Of a stretch of DNA of 64,000 bases, positions 50,481 to 58,085 are shown in pieces. Within the stretch, counting starts at the first letter, position 1. Each line of letters starts with the position of its first letter. The notes under the pieces were generated by a model that saw only the letters and a program-made list of their open reading frames with translations, searched no databases and was not told where the DNA came from. A program made the translations under genes and the position numbers. This stretch comes from an uncultured Acetobacteraceae bacterium (GTDB lineage: Bacteria > Pseudomonadota > Alphaproteobacteria > Acetobacterales > Acetobacteraceae), in assembly GCA_964247685.1 (NCBI GenBank), contig CAXTVZ010000001.1:56800-120799 (forward strand), read 5' to 3'.

Positions 50481-51802
50481 CTCGGGTGGCGGCGGATTTG
50501 CCTTTTGCGGAGTTGCTGCGGGCCGAGGCGGCCAAGGTCGCCTTGCGGCTGCAGGAGTTGGACCGGCAGGCGCAGGCGATCCGCGCAGAGGCGACAGGCC
50601 TGATCGCCAAACAGGAGGCTATGCGACCGCTGCTCGACGCCTACCAGGGCGAGTTCGAGACGACGCCGCCCGTGCGGCTGCTGACCGTCGACCCGGGTGT
50701 TTCGGCGCCGCAGGCGGCGCGCAGAAGCGGCCCGCCGGCGCGCATGTGGACGGAAGAGCGAAAGACGCTGCTGGCCGAGCTCTGGCCAAAGGGGGCTTCG
50801 TCACGCGCGGTGGCGGACGCGCTGAACAGGCTGCCGGGTACCGCCATCGAGCCCAAGCGGGTGGGTCCCAAGGCAGCCATTCTGCGGATCTACCGGAGCC
50901 CGGATGGGGGGCACCCCGGCCGGCGACCCGCGCTGACCGCGCCGGGCGGCGTCACGCCGGTGCCGGCGACGCGCCGGCCTGCTGGTCGAGTAGCGCGCTT
51001 TGCCAACAAGACGAGTCACCCAGCCAACCGCGAAGCCGCCTGCCTGCCGGCCGACCACTGGGCGATACAGGCGAGCGCATCGCAGTTCCGGACGCGGGTG
51101 TTCGCGCCCGCAGACGTGCCGCGCGTGCTGATTTCCGGGGAGAACTCGGCCAAGGTCGGCAAGCGCGTCACCAAGGGCCCGTGGGCGGGCATGCAACTCC
51201 ACACGCTCACGCTTGAGGAGCGGGCGACGTGCCCGAGCAGCTGCGGCCTGCTGCGCGAGTGCTACGGCAACGCCATGCCGTTCGCCCGTCGGCTGAAGCA
51301 CGGCCAGGCGCTGGTCGATCGGCTGGACCAGGAGCTGCGACTCAAGGCCGCCGAATATCCGGCGGGCTTTGTCGTGCGCCTGCACGTGCTGGGCGATTTC
51401 TACTCCGAAGACTACGTCTCGACCTGGGGCGGCTGGCTGGCGGACATCCCGCAGCTGCGCGTCTTCGGCTACACCGCCCACCAGGCGCGAACGCCGATCG
51501 GCGCGATGCTGCTGCGTCTCAACGAGGTATTCGCTGGCAGGTGCGCAATTCGCACCAGCGTCGAGCCCGACGCCGACCCCGAACCGATGCAGGCCACAAC
51601 GATCTGGCGTCAGCCGGAGGGCCGCGTCGTGCCGGAGGGCACCATCTGCCCGGCGATGACCGGCGGCACGGAGGCCTGCGCCACCTGTGGGCTTTGCTGG
51701 CACCCTGTGGCGGCCGCGCGGCGCATCGTCTTCATCGGCCACGGCATGACTCGCCGGTCGAGCGACGCGCAGCCTTTGGACGGCCAGGAGCAAGCGGCGT
51801 GA
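50477..51802 (+). CDS. GcrA-like DNA-binding domain fused to Cys-rich C-terminal domain
   Basis: GTGA overlap; MWTEERKTLLAELWPKGASSRAVADALN matches GcrA N-terminus (SWTDERVSTLKKLWLDGLSASQIAKQLG); CPSSCGLLRECYGN and CPAMTGGTEACATCGLCWH. Confidence 0.6.
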   Translation: MTRVAADLPFAELLRAEAAKVALRLQELDRQAQAIRAEATGLIAKQEAMRPLLDAYQGEFETTPPVRLLTVDPGVSAPQAARRSGPPARMWTEERKTLLAELWPKGASSRAVADALNRLPGTAIEPKRVGPKAAILRIYRSPDGGHPGRRPALTAPGGVTPVPATRRPAGRVARFANKTSHPANREAACLPADHWAIQASASQFRTRVFAPADVPRVLISGENSAKVGKRVTKGPWAGMQLHTLTLEERATCPSSCGLLRECYGNAMPFARRLKHGQALVDRLDQELRLKAAEYPAGFVVRLHVLGDFYSEDYVSTWGGWLADIPQLRVFGYTAHQARTPIGAMLLRLNEVFAGRCAIRTSVEPDADPEPMQATTIWRQPEGRVVPEGTICPAMTGGTEACATCGLCWHPVAAARRIVFIGHGMTRRSSDAQPLDGQEQAA

Positions 51803-52071
51803 GAGCGGTCCAGGCGCTTAGTGCGCAAGCGGCGCGGTGCCAGCCTGGCAGGCCGGCCGTGCTCACGGCCGATCAGGTCGCCGTCGGCGACATGCTGATG
51901 CGCGACGGCTACCCGGTCGAGGTGCGGCAGAAAATGTTGAGCCCGGACGGCCAGGTTTGCACGCTCGCCTGGGGCGAGGCGCGGGGCGAAATGATCATCG
52001 TGCTAACGGCCACGCCGCTCAGCGTGGTGGTTGGCGTCTGTTACGCGGGGGCTGTCTGGCATGAGCGTTGA
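51799..52071 (+). CDS. hypothetical protein
   Basis: GTGA overlap. Confidence 0.45.
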   Translation: MRAVQALSAQAARCQPGRPAVLTADQVAVGDMLMRDGYPVEVRQKMLSPDGQVCTLAWGEARGEMIIVLTATPLSVVVGVCYAGAVWHER

Positions 52072-52606
52072 AGACCTGCTGCCGACGGTGCCGGTGAGGT
52101 TCGACCTAGCGGCGGCCGAGCACGCGGCCGACGCCTGGGGCTGCAACTGCGGACCTGGTGCGCTTGCGGCGATGACTGGGCTGACGCTTGACGAGGTGCG
52201 CCCTTGTCTCGGCGACTTCGAGGTGAAGCGCTACACGAACCCCACCCTGATGTTCGAGACGCTGCGGCGGCTCGGGGTGTCCTACACCGTAGAGCGTCGC
52301 CTGCCGCTTGACTGGCCGCGGCACGGCTTGGTCCGGATTCAATGGGGCGGCCCATGGATGGCCGACGGCGTGCCTATCGGCGCGCGCTATCGGCAGACGC
52401 ACTGGGTGGGCGCCCGTCACACTCGCGGTCGGGCGGAGGTGTTCGACATCAACTGCATCAACGTCGGCGGCTGGGTGCCGATGGACACCTGGACGGCCGT
52501 GGTAGTGCCCTGGCTGCTACGCGAAGCCGTGCCGAGAGCCGACGGCTCGTTCTCGCTAACGCACGTCGTCGAGGTGAGCACCGCGCTGGCCGGTCGCGAG
52601 CATTGA
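52061..52606 (+). CDS. papain-fold (C39-like) cysteine peptidase-like protein
   Basis: AWGCNCGPGALAAMTG candidate Cys, QTHWVGA candidate His. Confidence 0.45.
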   Translation: MSVEDLLPTVPVRFDLAAAEHAADAWGCNCGPGALAAMTGLTLDEVRPCLGDFEVKRYTNPTLMFETLRRLGVSYTVERRLPLDWPRHGLVRIQWGGPWMADGVPIGARYRQTHWVGARHTRGRAEVFDINCINVGGWVPMDTWTAVVVPWLLREAVPRADGSFSLTHVVEVSTALAGREH

Positions 52607-52668
52607 GCGTGTCCGCTGGCTTAGGTATGCCTTGCGCCGGCACGGGTGCATCTGCACAACTGGATACC

Positions 52669-53448
52669 ATGGCAGATCAACCGCAAGGCGACAGGGCCAG
52701 CGGGCGCGACATATCGATGAGTTCGACGCGCCTTCGGGAAATCCTGCACAATCTGAGCTGGTCGCAGAACGAGCTGTCCGTCGTGCTCGACTTTCGCGAC
52801 ACCGCGTCGATCCGGGCGATGGCGCGCGGCAAGAAGCGAGTCTGGCCCGTCATCGCCGCGTGGCTTGAACGACTGGACGCGTTCCAGGCGGCAAGCGGCT
52901 TCCCGGTCGGTATCCTCTGGTGGAGCGAAGAGTACCCGGAGGCTTTCGCACGCGCGGCCGACACGGCGCCAGACGAGGGCGTGAGGGCTTGGCTGGCCAG
53001 CGTCGTCGCGTTCCACGCCGCGCACCGGTGGCCGTCGGAGGACTGGAAGGTGGACGAGGAGGCGATGGCCGACGGCAGCCAGGCCGTGGCGGATCTTCGC
53101 ACGCTGGGCTTGCGCCTCTACGGCGACATCGGGCGGGCGCTGCGGCTCGACATGCGCTACGCGAAAGCCTGGCAGCGGCGTCCGCGCAACATGGTCAGCG
53201 AGGTGCTAGACTGGCTCAACGAGCTCGCCGAATACAAGCGGCACACGGGCTTCCCGATGGAGCTGCTAGTCCTGAACTGGAATCTGTCTGCCACGTTCGC
53301 CGGCGCGTTGTCGGCTGGAACTGCAGTGCCGGCTCAAGCGGGCGCCTGGATTGGCGATGCCCTCGAGTTCTACCAACGCAACAACGTGCCGGTCGGCTTC
53401 GAGCCCGAGCAGGACGCTGAAGAAGGGTTTCAAGCAACCGACGCGTAG
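52669..53448 (+). CDS. hypothetical protein with internal duplication
   Basis: Two similar modules (...VIAAWLERLDAFQAASGFPVGILWW / ...VLDWLNELAEYKRHTGFPMELLVLNW). Confidence 0.5.
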   Translation: MADQPQGDRASGRDISMSSTRLREILHNLSWSQNELSVVLDFRDTASIRAMARGKKRVWPVIAAWLERLDAFQAASGFPVGILWWSEEYPEAFARAADTAPDEGVRAWLASVVAFHAAHRWPSEDWKVDEEAMADGSQAVADLRTLGLRLYGDIGRALRLDMRYAKAWQRRPRNMVSEVLDWLNELAEYKRHTGFPMELLVLNWNLSATFAGALSAGTAVPAQAGAWIGDALEFYQRNNVPVGFEPEQDAEEGFQATDA

Positions 53449-53474
53449 CCAAGCGGGTGCTGACCGGCCGCTGC

Positions 53475-53487
53475 CAACAAAATGTTG
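53475..53487. promoter_or_regulatory. CAACA-N3-TGTTG palindrome
   Basis: CAACAaaaTGTTG; TTGCGA-N17-TAACGC. Confidence 0.55.
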
Positions 53488-53520
53488 CGACCGCTTGCGG
53501 ATGCGAGTAACGCTCACTTA

Positions 53521-53542
53521 GCCGAGGGGGCCGTCCCCGGGC
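53521..53542 (+). promoter_or_regulatory. leader stem-loop box
   Basis: GCCGAGGGGGCCGTCCCCGGGC, ends 17 nt before ATG 53560. Confidence 0.6.
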
Positions 53543-53559
53543 GAACCGGAGAGCGTGCC

Positions 53560-53730
53560 ATGCACAGCAGCGCAAAGCTTCAGCCTTTTCCGCGTCGAGA
53601 CTCGCAGGTGCGTGCCACCCGCGGCCGTCACCGCAAGCACCTCGCACTTTGGTCGCGCATCGAGGCGCGCTGCAGGCGCAGACGCGCTCGGCGCGCTTGG
53701 CGAGCGGCTGCTCGACGCATCGTTCGCTGA
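53560..53730 (+). CDS. small Arg-rich protein
   Basis: 56 aa, 17 Arg and 3 Lys (20 of 56 basic); position fixed by promoter/box layout. Confidence 0.4.
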   Translation: MHSSAKLQPFPRRDSQVRATRGRHRKHLALWSRIEARCRRRRARRAWRAAARRIVR

Positions 53731-54098
53731 TGGTGTTTCGGGCAAGATACAGGTGGCGGCAGGCCGGAACCGTTCTCACGATCATCGATGAGAACGGCCC
53801 GGTGTCCGTCACCAACGACATCGAGCGCGTGCTTGCCGACTTGAGCGAGCGCGGCGTAAGCGCACTGGACGAGCTCGTCATCCTCTACCGGGACAGCATG
53901 GGGTCGTGGTGCGGGGTCGGCACGATGGGCGGTCGGTTTACCGACTTCGTCTCCGTCGGTCCCTTTTGGGGCTGTGAGCGTGCGTCAGTTGTCGAACTGC
54001 TAAAGCAACGCGGGCGTCAATCGACGTCGGCCGTGCTCAGTCTTTGCTCGGCTTGCCAACTTCGCTCCTCTTCCTGCGGTTGCGCTCACGACGGCTGA
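53730..54098 (+). CDS. hypothetical protein
   Basis: TGATG overlap; VLTIIDENGPVSVTNDIERVLADL; 3' end overlaps convergent CDS by 62 nt. Confidence 0.5.
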   Translation: MVFRARYRWRQAGTVLTIIDENGPVSVTNDIERVLADLSERGVSALDELVILYRDSMGSWCGVGTMGGRFTDFVSVGPFWGCERASVVELLKQRGRQSTSAVLSLCSACQLRSSSCGCAHDG

Positions 54099-54369
54099 TT
54101 TCTTTCTGCACGGCGTTCCTGACGAAATCAGTCCTGTCTTCGTGCGGCATCAATACCTCCGCAATCTTCGCGAACGTTCCCTCGGCGAACCGCGCAGTCA
54201 TGTCCTCGGCCCACTTCTTCTTGCGTCCCACAGAACGGGGGCTAGCTGATACGAGAAACTCCGTCAAAATCGCCCCATATGTCATACGACTTATTGCAGC
54301 CTTATCACATATGAGGTATCGCGACAAATACCAGCGCGTTTCTGCGCTTAATGTAGGCTGCTTGTTCAT
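54037..54369 (-). CDS. ribbon-helix-helix-like DNA-binding protein
   Basis: MTARFAEGTFAKIAEVLMPHEDRTDFVRNAVQKEISRRE; low GC. Confidence 0.5.
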   Translation of the reverse strand: MNKQPTLSAETRWYLSRYLICDKAAISRMTYGAILTEFLVSASPRSVGRKKKWAEDMTARFAEGTFAKIAEVLMPHEDRTDFVRNAVQKEISRRERNRRKRSEVGKPSKD

Positions 54370-54389
54370 TTCAGTTGAAGGTAGGGCCG

Positions 54390-54752
54390 ATGGCTTCCAC
54401 CGAGGGTTTCGCTGACGAGACAGAGGCCGTTCTCCACGCGCTCTGGGCCGAGCACGAGCGCACGTCCCGCGCGATCGACGACTACGAGGTCGACAGCCCC
54501 GACGACCTGGACGCGATCCGGGTGCTGTCGCGTGAGCGCATGCTGCTGCGCTTGCGGGCAATGCAGATCCCAGCCTCGACAAACGGGCAGATGCGTTTCA
54601 AGGTCGGCATTATCCGGCGCTACCTGCCGCCACCGACCGAGGACAACCCGGACTTGCTAGCGGCGCACAGCATCCTTGACGATGTCGACCGCATTTGCGG
54701 GGGTCTTCGCAAGCTGCCCGAGCTCGACAGCATCCCGGAGCACATGCCGTGA
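54390..54752 (+). CDS. hypothetical protein
   Basis: ATG 54390 (TTG 54375 possible). Confidence 0.5.
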   Translation: MASTEGFADETEAVLHALWAEHERTSRAIDDYEVDSPDDLDAIRVLSRERMLLRLRAMQIPASTNGQMRFKVGIIRRYLPPPTEDNPDLLAAHSILDDVDRICGGLRKLPELDSIPEHMP

Positions 54753-55006
54753 GCCGTCACGAAGCCGAGGCGCTAAACCCTGACCATTTTGTCCGCGTTG
54801 GTTGGGACCCGCCGCTGCAAACCTTCTTCATCCAGGTGCACGACAGCAGGGTGCCTCACGACGAGGAGTCGGTCGTGCACTGGCAGGGCTGCGGCTACGC
54901 CGAGCTGCCGACGATCGAGAGCCTGGCCGAAGCGGGCAGGGGCTATACGACGGTGCCCGAACAGCTGCACCTCACACTGCAAGAGGACAAGCTGCTGAAT
55001 CGATGA
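54749..55006 (+). CDS. hypothetical protein
   Basis: GTGA overlap. Confidence 0.5.
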   Translation: MSRHEAEALNPDHFVRVGWDPPLQTFFIQVHDSRVPHDEESVVHWQGCGYAELPTIESLAEAGRGYTTVPEQLHLTLQEDKLLNR

Positions 55007-55605
55007 GCCACAGCTTGGCCGACCTGCTGACCGGCATAGAGCCGCCCCGGCACGACACCGGGTGCAAGCGCCTGCTGCGCTGGCCGGCCGACACGCGCAC
55101 GACAGCCGTGTTCGACGGTCCGGGCGACTGCTACCGCTATGCTCTGACTCAGACTTGGGATCCGGCGCGGCCGTTGGCGATGTTCGCGCTGATGAACCCG
55201 AGCGGCGCCAGCATAGATTTCGGTGATTCGACGCTGCTGCGCACCGGCTGGTTCGCCCGCCGCTGGGGTTACGGCGGCCAGCTCATCGCCAACGCGTGCG
55301 CCTGGCGGCGCACTGACAACGAGGATCTGCTGGCGGTGCCCGACCCTGCCGGCCCGCAAAACCTGCACTGGGTCTGCCGGCTGGCGGCCCAGGCGCAGCT
55401 TGTCGTCATCGGCCACGGTCAGCTGCCCGCCAAGTTGCAGCACCATGCGGACGGCATGGTCGCGGCGTTGCGCGCCGCCGGGCACGACCTGCACGTGTTC
55501 GGCCTGTCGAAAGCCGGTGTCCCGGTGCATCCCCTGGCGCGCGGTAAGCACAGGCTTTCCGACGAGACGAAGCCGATCCGGTGGGCGCTCGACGCGCCCC
55601 TATGA
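55003..55605 (+). CDS. DUF1643-like protein
   Basis: YRYALTQTWD, MFALMNPSGAS, DSTLLRTGWFARRWGYGG, GVPVHPLA. Confidence 0.65.
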   Translation: MSHSLADLLTGIEPPRHDTGCKRLLRWPADTRTTAVFDGPGDCYRYALTQTWDPARPLAMFALMNPSGASIDFGDSTLLRTGWFARRWGYGGQLIANACAWRRTDNEDLLAVPDPAGPQNLHWVCRLAAQAQLVVIGHGQLPAKLQHHADGMVAALRAAGHDLHVFGLSKAGVPVHPLARGKHRLSDETKPIRWALDAPL

Positions 55606-55627
55606 GAGCAGCAGAAGGGCGAGAGGC

Positions 55628-55942
55628 ATGACGCGAACCTACACGGAAGCGCTGGCTGCGGCTGACCTGAGCACCGAGGGCGAGGTGACCACCGTCTTCG
55701 TGCAAGATTTCAGTTCTCGGCCTGCGGAACCCGACCCGGCAGTCATTGAGCGTTTGGGCGACACCTACCGCCAATTCGACACGCTCAGGGAAGCGGCCGA
55801 GTGGCTGCACTCCGTCGGCGCGATAATGGCCCGCATGATGATCCTACCCCGGCCCATCATAAGCATGCCGGCGGACCGCCGGCCGCCGTCGGCCGAGCAG
55901 GAGACGCGTTCAGACGGGCGTGGCATGAGCACCGCCCTATAA
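55628..55942 (+). CDS. hypothetical protein
   Basis: GAGAGG upstream. Confidence 0.5.
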   Translation: MTRTYTEALAAADLSTEGEVTTVFVQDFSSRPAEPDPAVIERLGDTYRQFDTLREAAEWLHSVGAIMARMMILPRPIISMPADRRPPSAEQETRSDGRGMSTAL

Positions 55943-55950
55943 TGCCGCTC

Positions 55951-56376
55951 TCAGCAGGCTAGCGGAAGGTCGTGCGACACGTAGGTCTGTGCGGCCTCGG
56001 CCACGCGGAGCCAGGGAACCTGCAGGCGCTCCGGCAGGCGGGAGAAGGGCACCACGACGGCGTAGTTCTGTGAGGCCGCGTAGAGTGACGCGGCGATGTC
56101 CGTGCGGGACATCGTCAGCTTCGGTTCGCTTGCCATGTCCGTAGCCAACGGCCGCAAGCTGGTCCTGCCGGGATTGGACCTGAGCTCGGTCAGGCGCTCA
56201 ATTGGGACACCGAGCGAGCGCAGCACGGTCTCCGCAATGAGTTCGCCCAGCCCGCCAGGCTCCGGGGTTTCGGCCAGCAGCTCGGTCAGTTCGTCCTTGC
56301 TCATGCAGGTCGCCTTGACGACCCGGCATATTGCCCGGGCGGCTTCACGGTACATCCGGTGCTCGGTAGGAGCCAT
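55951..56376 (-). CDS. hypothetical protein
   Basis: Start uncertain (ATG 56376 or 56460). Confidence 0.45.
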   Translation of the reverse strand: MAPTEHRMYREAARAICRVVKATCMSKDELTELLAETPEPGGLGELIAETVLRSLGVPIERLTELRSNPGRTSLRPLATDMASEPKLTMSRTDIAASLYAASQNYAVVVPFSRLPERLQVPWLRVAEAAQTYVSHDLPLAC

Positions 56377-56679
56377 CACCCAGTTCCCCTGCGCGGCCGA
56401 CTCGGCCGTGTGGATTAACGGCCACGTGCAACAGGATTTGCAGAAATCGCGAGTGCACACGCATTAACTTCGGCGCGATCACAGCCTGTTGTATAGCCGA
56501 ACCTGTCGTCGCGCTCGGCAACCGCAGCCGCTAGCGCTGAGCTTTCCTGCATAACCCGGCGCTAAAACCGCCCGCGTCAGTGAAAAACGATCAAAAATAG
56601 AACAGCTTTCACTGGATTGTAGCAAAAGTTAGAGCTTTCGTCGGCCCGTTACTGGTATCGTTGCACGGTTAGAGGGCGT

Positions 56680-56952
56680 GTGATGTCGAGAGATACTTCG
56701 CAGATCGGCGAGGCGGAGGCGGTTGTAGACCTAATGCTGGCGGGTGATTTGCTGGCGCGCTGCAACTGCGGGTGGCGACTGGTGCTCGACGGCCGCGCGG
56801 TTGAGGAGACGGTCGTGGAGCGGCTGAAAACAGGCTCTGGCCTTGGCGGCCGGCTGCTGCCGATGAACGACCAGCTACCCGGCATGTCCGCGCAGCTGGC
56901 GCAGACCTGGCGTTGGGCTCGCGCGCGCGTTCGCCGGAGGGTGGCCGCATGA
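56680..56952 (+). CDS. hypothetical protein
   Basis: AGAGGG upstream of GTGATG. Confidence 0.4.
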   Translation: MMSRDTSQIGEAEAVVDLMLAGDLLARCNCGWRLVLDGRAVEETVVERLKTGSGLGGRLLPMNDQLPGMSAQLAQTWRWARARVRRRVAA

Positions 56953-57164
56953 TGCTCGGTGCGCGGCGGCGCTGGTGGCGCATCAGTCTCGTTCCGCTGG
57001 TCGCAGCCGCACCGCGGCCGAACCGCACCGCCGGCGGGCCGGTGCCCGCGCAGGCGGCCTTCGGGTTCGTGTCCACGCAGGAGGCTGGCCGTGTCGTCGA
57101 CTTCAGCCAGGACGCCGGATTGATCGACCGGATGTGCCCCTTCGAGCGCGACAACACGGCCTGA
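56949..57164 (+). CDS. hypothetical protein
   Basis: ATGA overlap; weak. Confidence 0.3.
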   Translation: MMLGARRRWWRISLVPLVAAAPRPNRTAGGPVPAQAAFGFVSTQEAGRVVDFSQDAGLIDRMCPFERDNTA

Positions 57165-57243
57165 GTTGGCATAAGATTCATTCTGCGACCGAGGAGCGCG
57201 TCGGTCTACCTCGGCACTCGCCTCCCCCGAGAGCACCGCCGCA

Positions 57244-57257
57244 CAACAAAATTGCGG
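57244..57257. promoter_or_regulatory. palindrome family, degenerate
   Basis: caCAACAaaaTTGCGG, right arm lacks TG. Confidence 0.3.
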
Positions 57258-57416
57258 CCGGATACCGAAACAAAGCGTCGGCGATCACTTTTTGCGGTAC
57301 TTACGCTCAACTTTCTGTTGACGCCACGGCCCGTCAAAATGTAGGAAATTTCCACGCTGGCAGAGCGCGCCCCGGACGCCCGGACGCCCACAGTTGCCAC
57401 CCTTGCCGGAACGATC

Positions 57417-58085
57417 ATGGCGACGAAATCCACGGCCAAGTCCCCGGCGCCGCGCGCTCAGAAGCTTTTCGACACCGAGGCCAAGCCGCTCGTTGTCACC
57501 TACCTGCCGCTGAAGTCGCTGATCCCTTACGCGCGCAACTCGCGGACGCACAGCCGCTCAAACATCCAGAAGATCAAGGCCAGCCTTGTCGAGTATGGGT
57601 GGGCGACGTCGATGGGCATCGCCGACGGCGGCATGCTCTACGGCCACGGCCGCTTGTCTGCCGCACTCGAGCTTGCCGACGAAGGCGTGCCGATTCCGTT
57701 CAATCCGGACCCGCTGCTCGGCCCGACGGTCGACCTGTCGCACCTCAACGAGATGCAGCGCCGCGCCTACGTCATCCAGGACAACCGCTCGGCGCTCGAC
57801 GCCGGCTGGGACGAGGACCTGCTGCGCTTCGAAATGGGCGAGCTGAAGAACGCCGGCTTCGACCTCAGCTTAACCGGCTTCGACTTGCCCGAGCTCACGA
57901 ACATCCTCACCGGTCAGTCGGCCGAGCCAGCGAAGGACGAGGAGGAAGAAGCCTCCCCCGCCGACGCCGGCAACTACAAGGAGCAGTATGGCGTGATCGT
58001 CATGTGCACCGGCGAGGATCACCAGAAGGTGGTCTTCGAGAAGCTGAAGGACATGGGCATGGACGTTCGGATCGTCGCCACCTGA
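57417..58085 (+). CDS. ParB-like nuclease (ParB/Srx) domain protein
   Basis: LIPYARNSRTHS and MLYGHGRLSAA. Confidence 0.8.
   Translation: MATKSTAKSPAPRAQKLFDTEAKPLVVTYLPLKSLIPYARNSRTHSRSNIQKIKASLVEYGWATSMGIADGGMLYGHGRLSAALELADEGVPIPFNPDPLLGPTVDLSHLNEMQRRAYVIQDNRSALDAGWDEDLLRFEMGELKNAGFDLSLTGFDLPELTNILTGQSAEPAKDEEEEASPADAGNYKEQYGVIVMCTGEDHQKVVFEKLKDMGMDVRIVAT

Noticed and set aside
56975-58084. N-terminal 370 codons of the 754-aa ORF 56975..59239
   Set aside because: This part runs through weakly coding DNA and out of frame across the well-supported ParB-like gene. The recognisable protein (Walker A onward) starts at ATG 58085, which overlaps the ParB stop. Similar upstream extensions were trimmed for ORFs 42268, 50042, 54802, 55223, 59020, 10046, 39679 and 52342.
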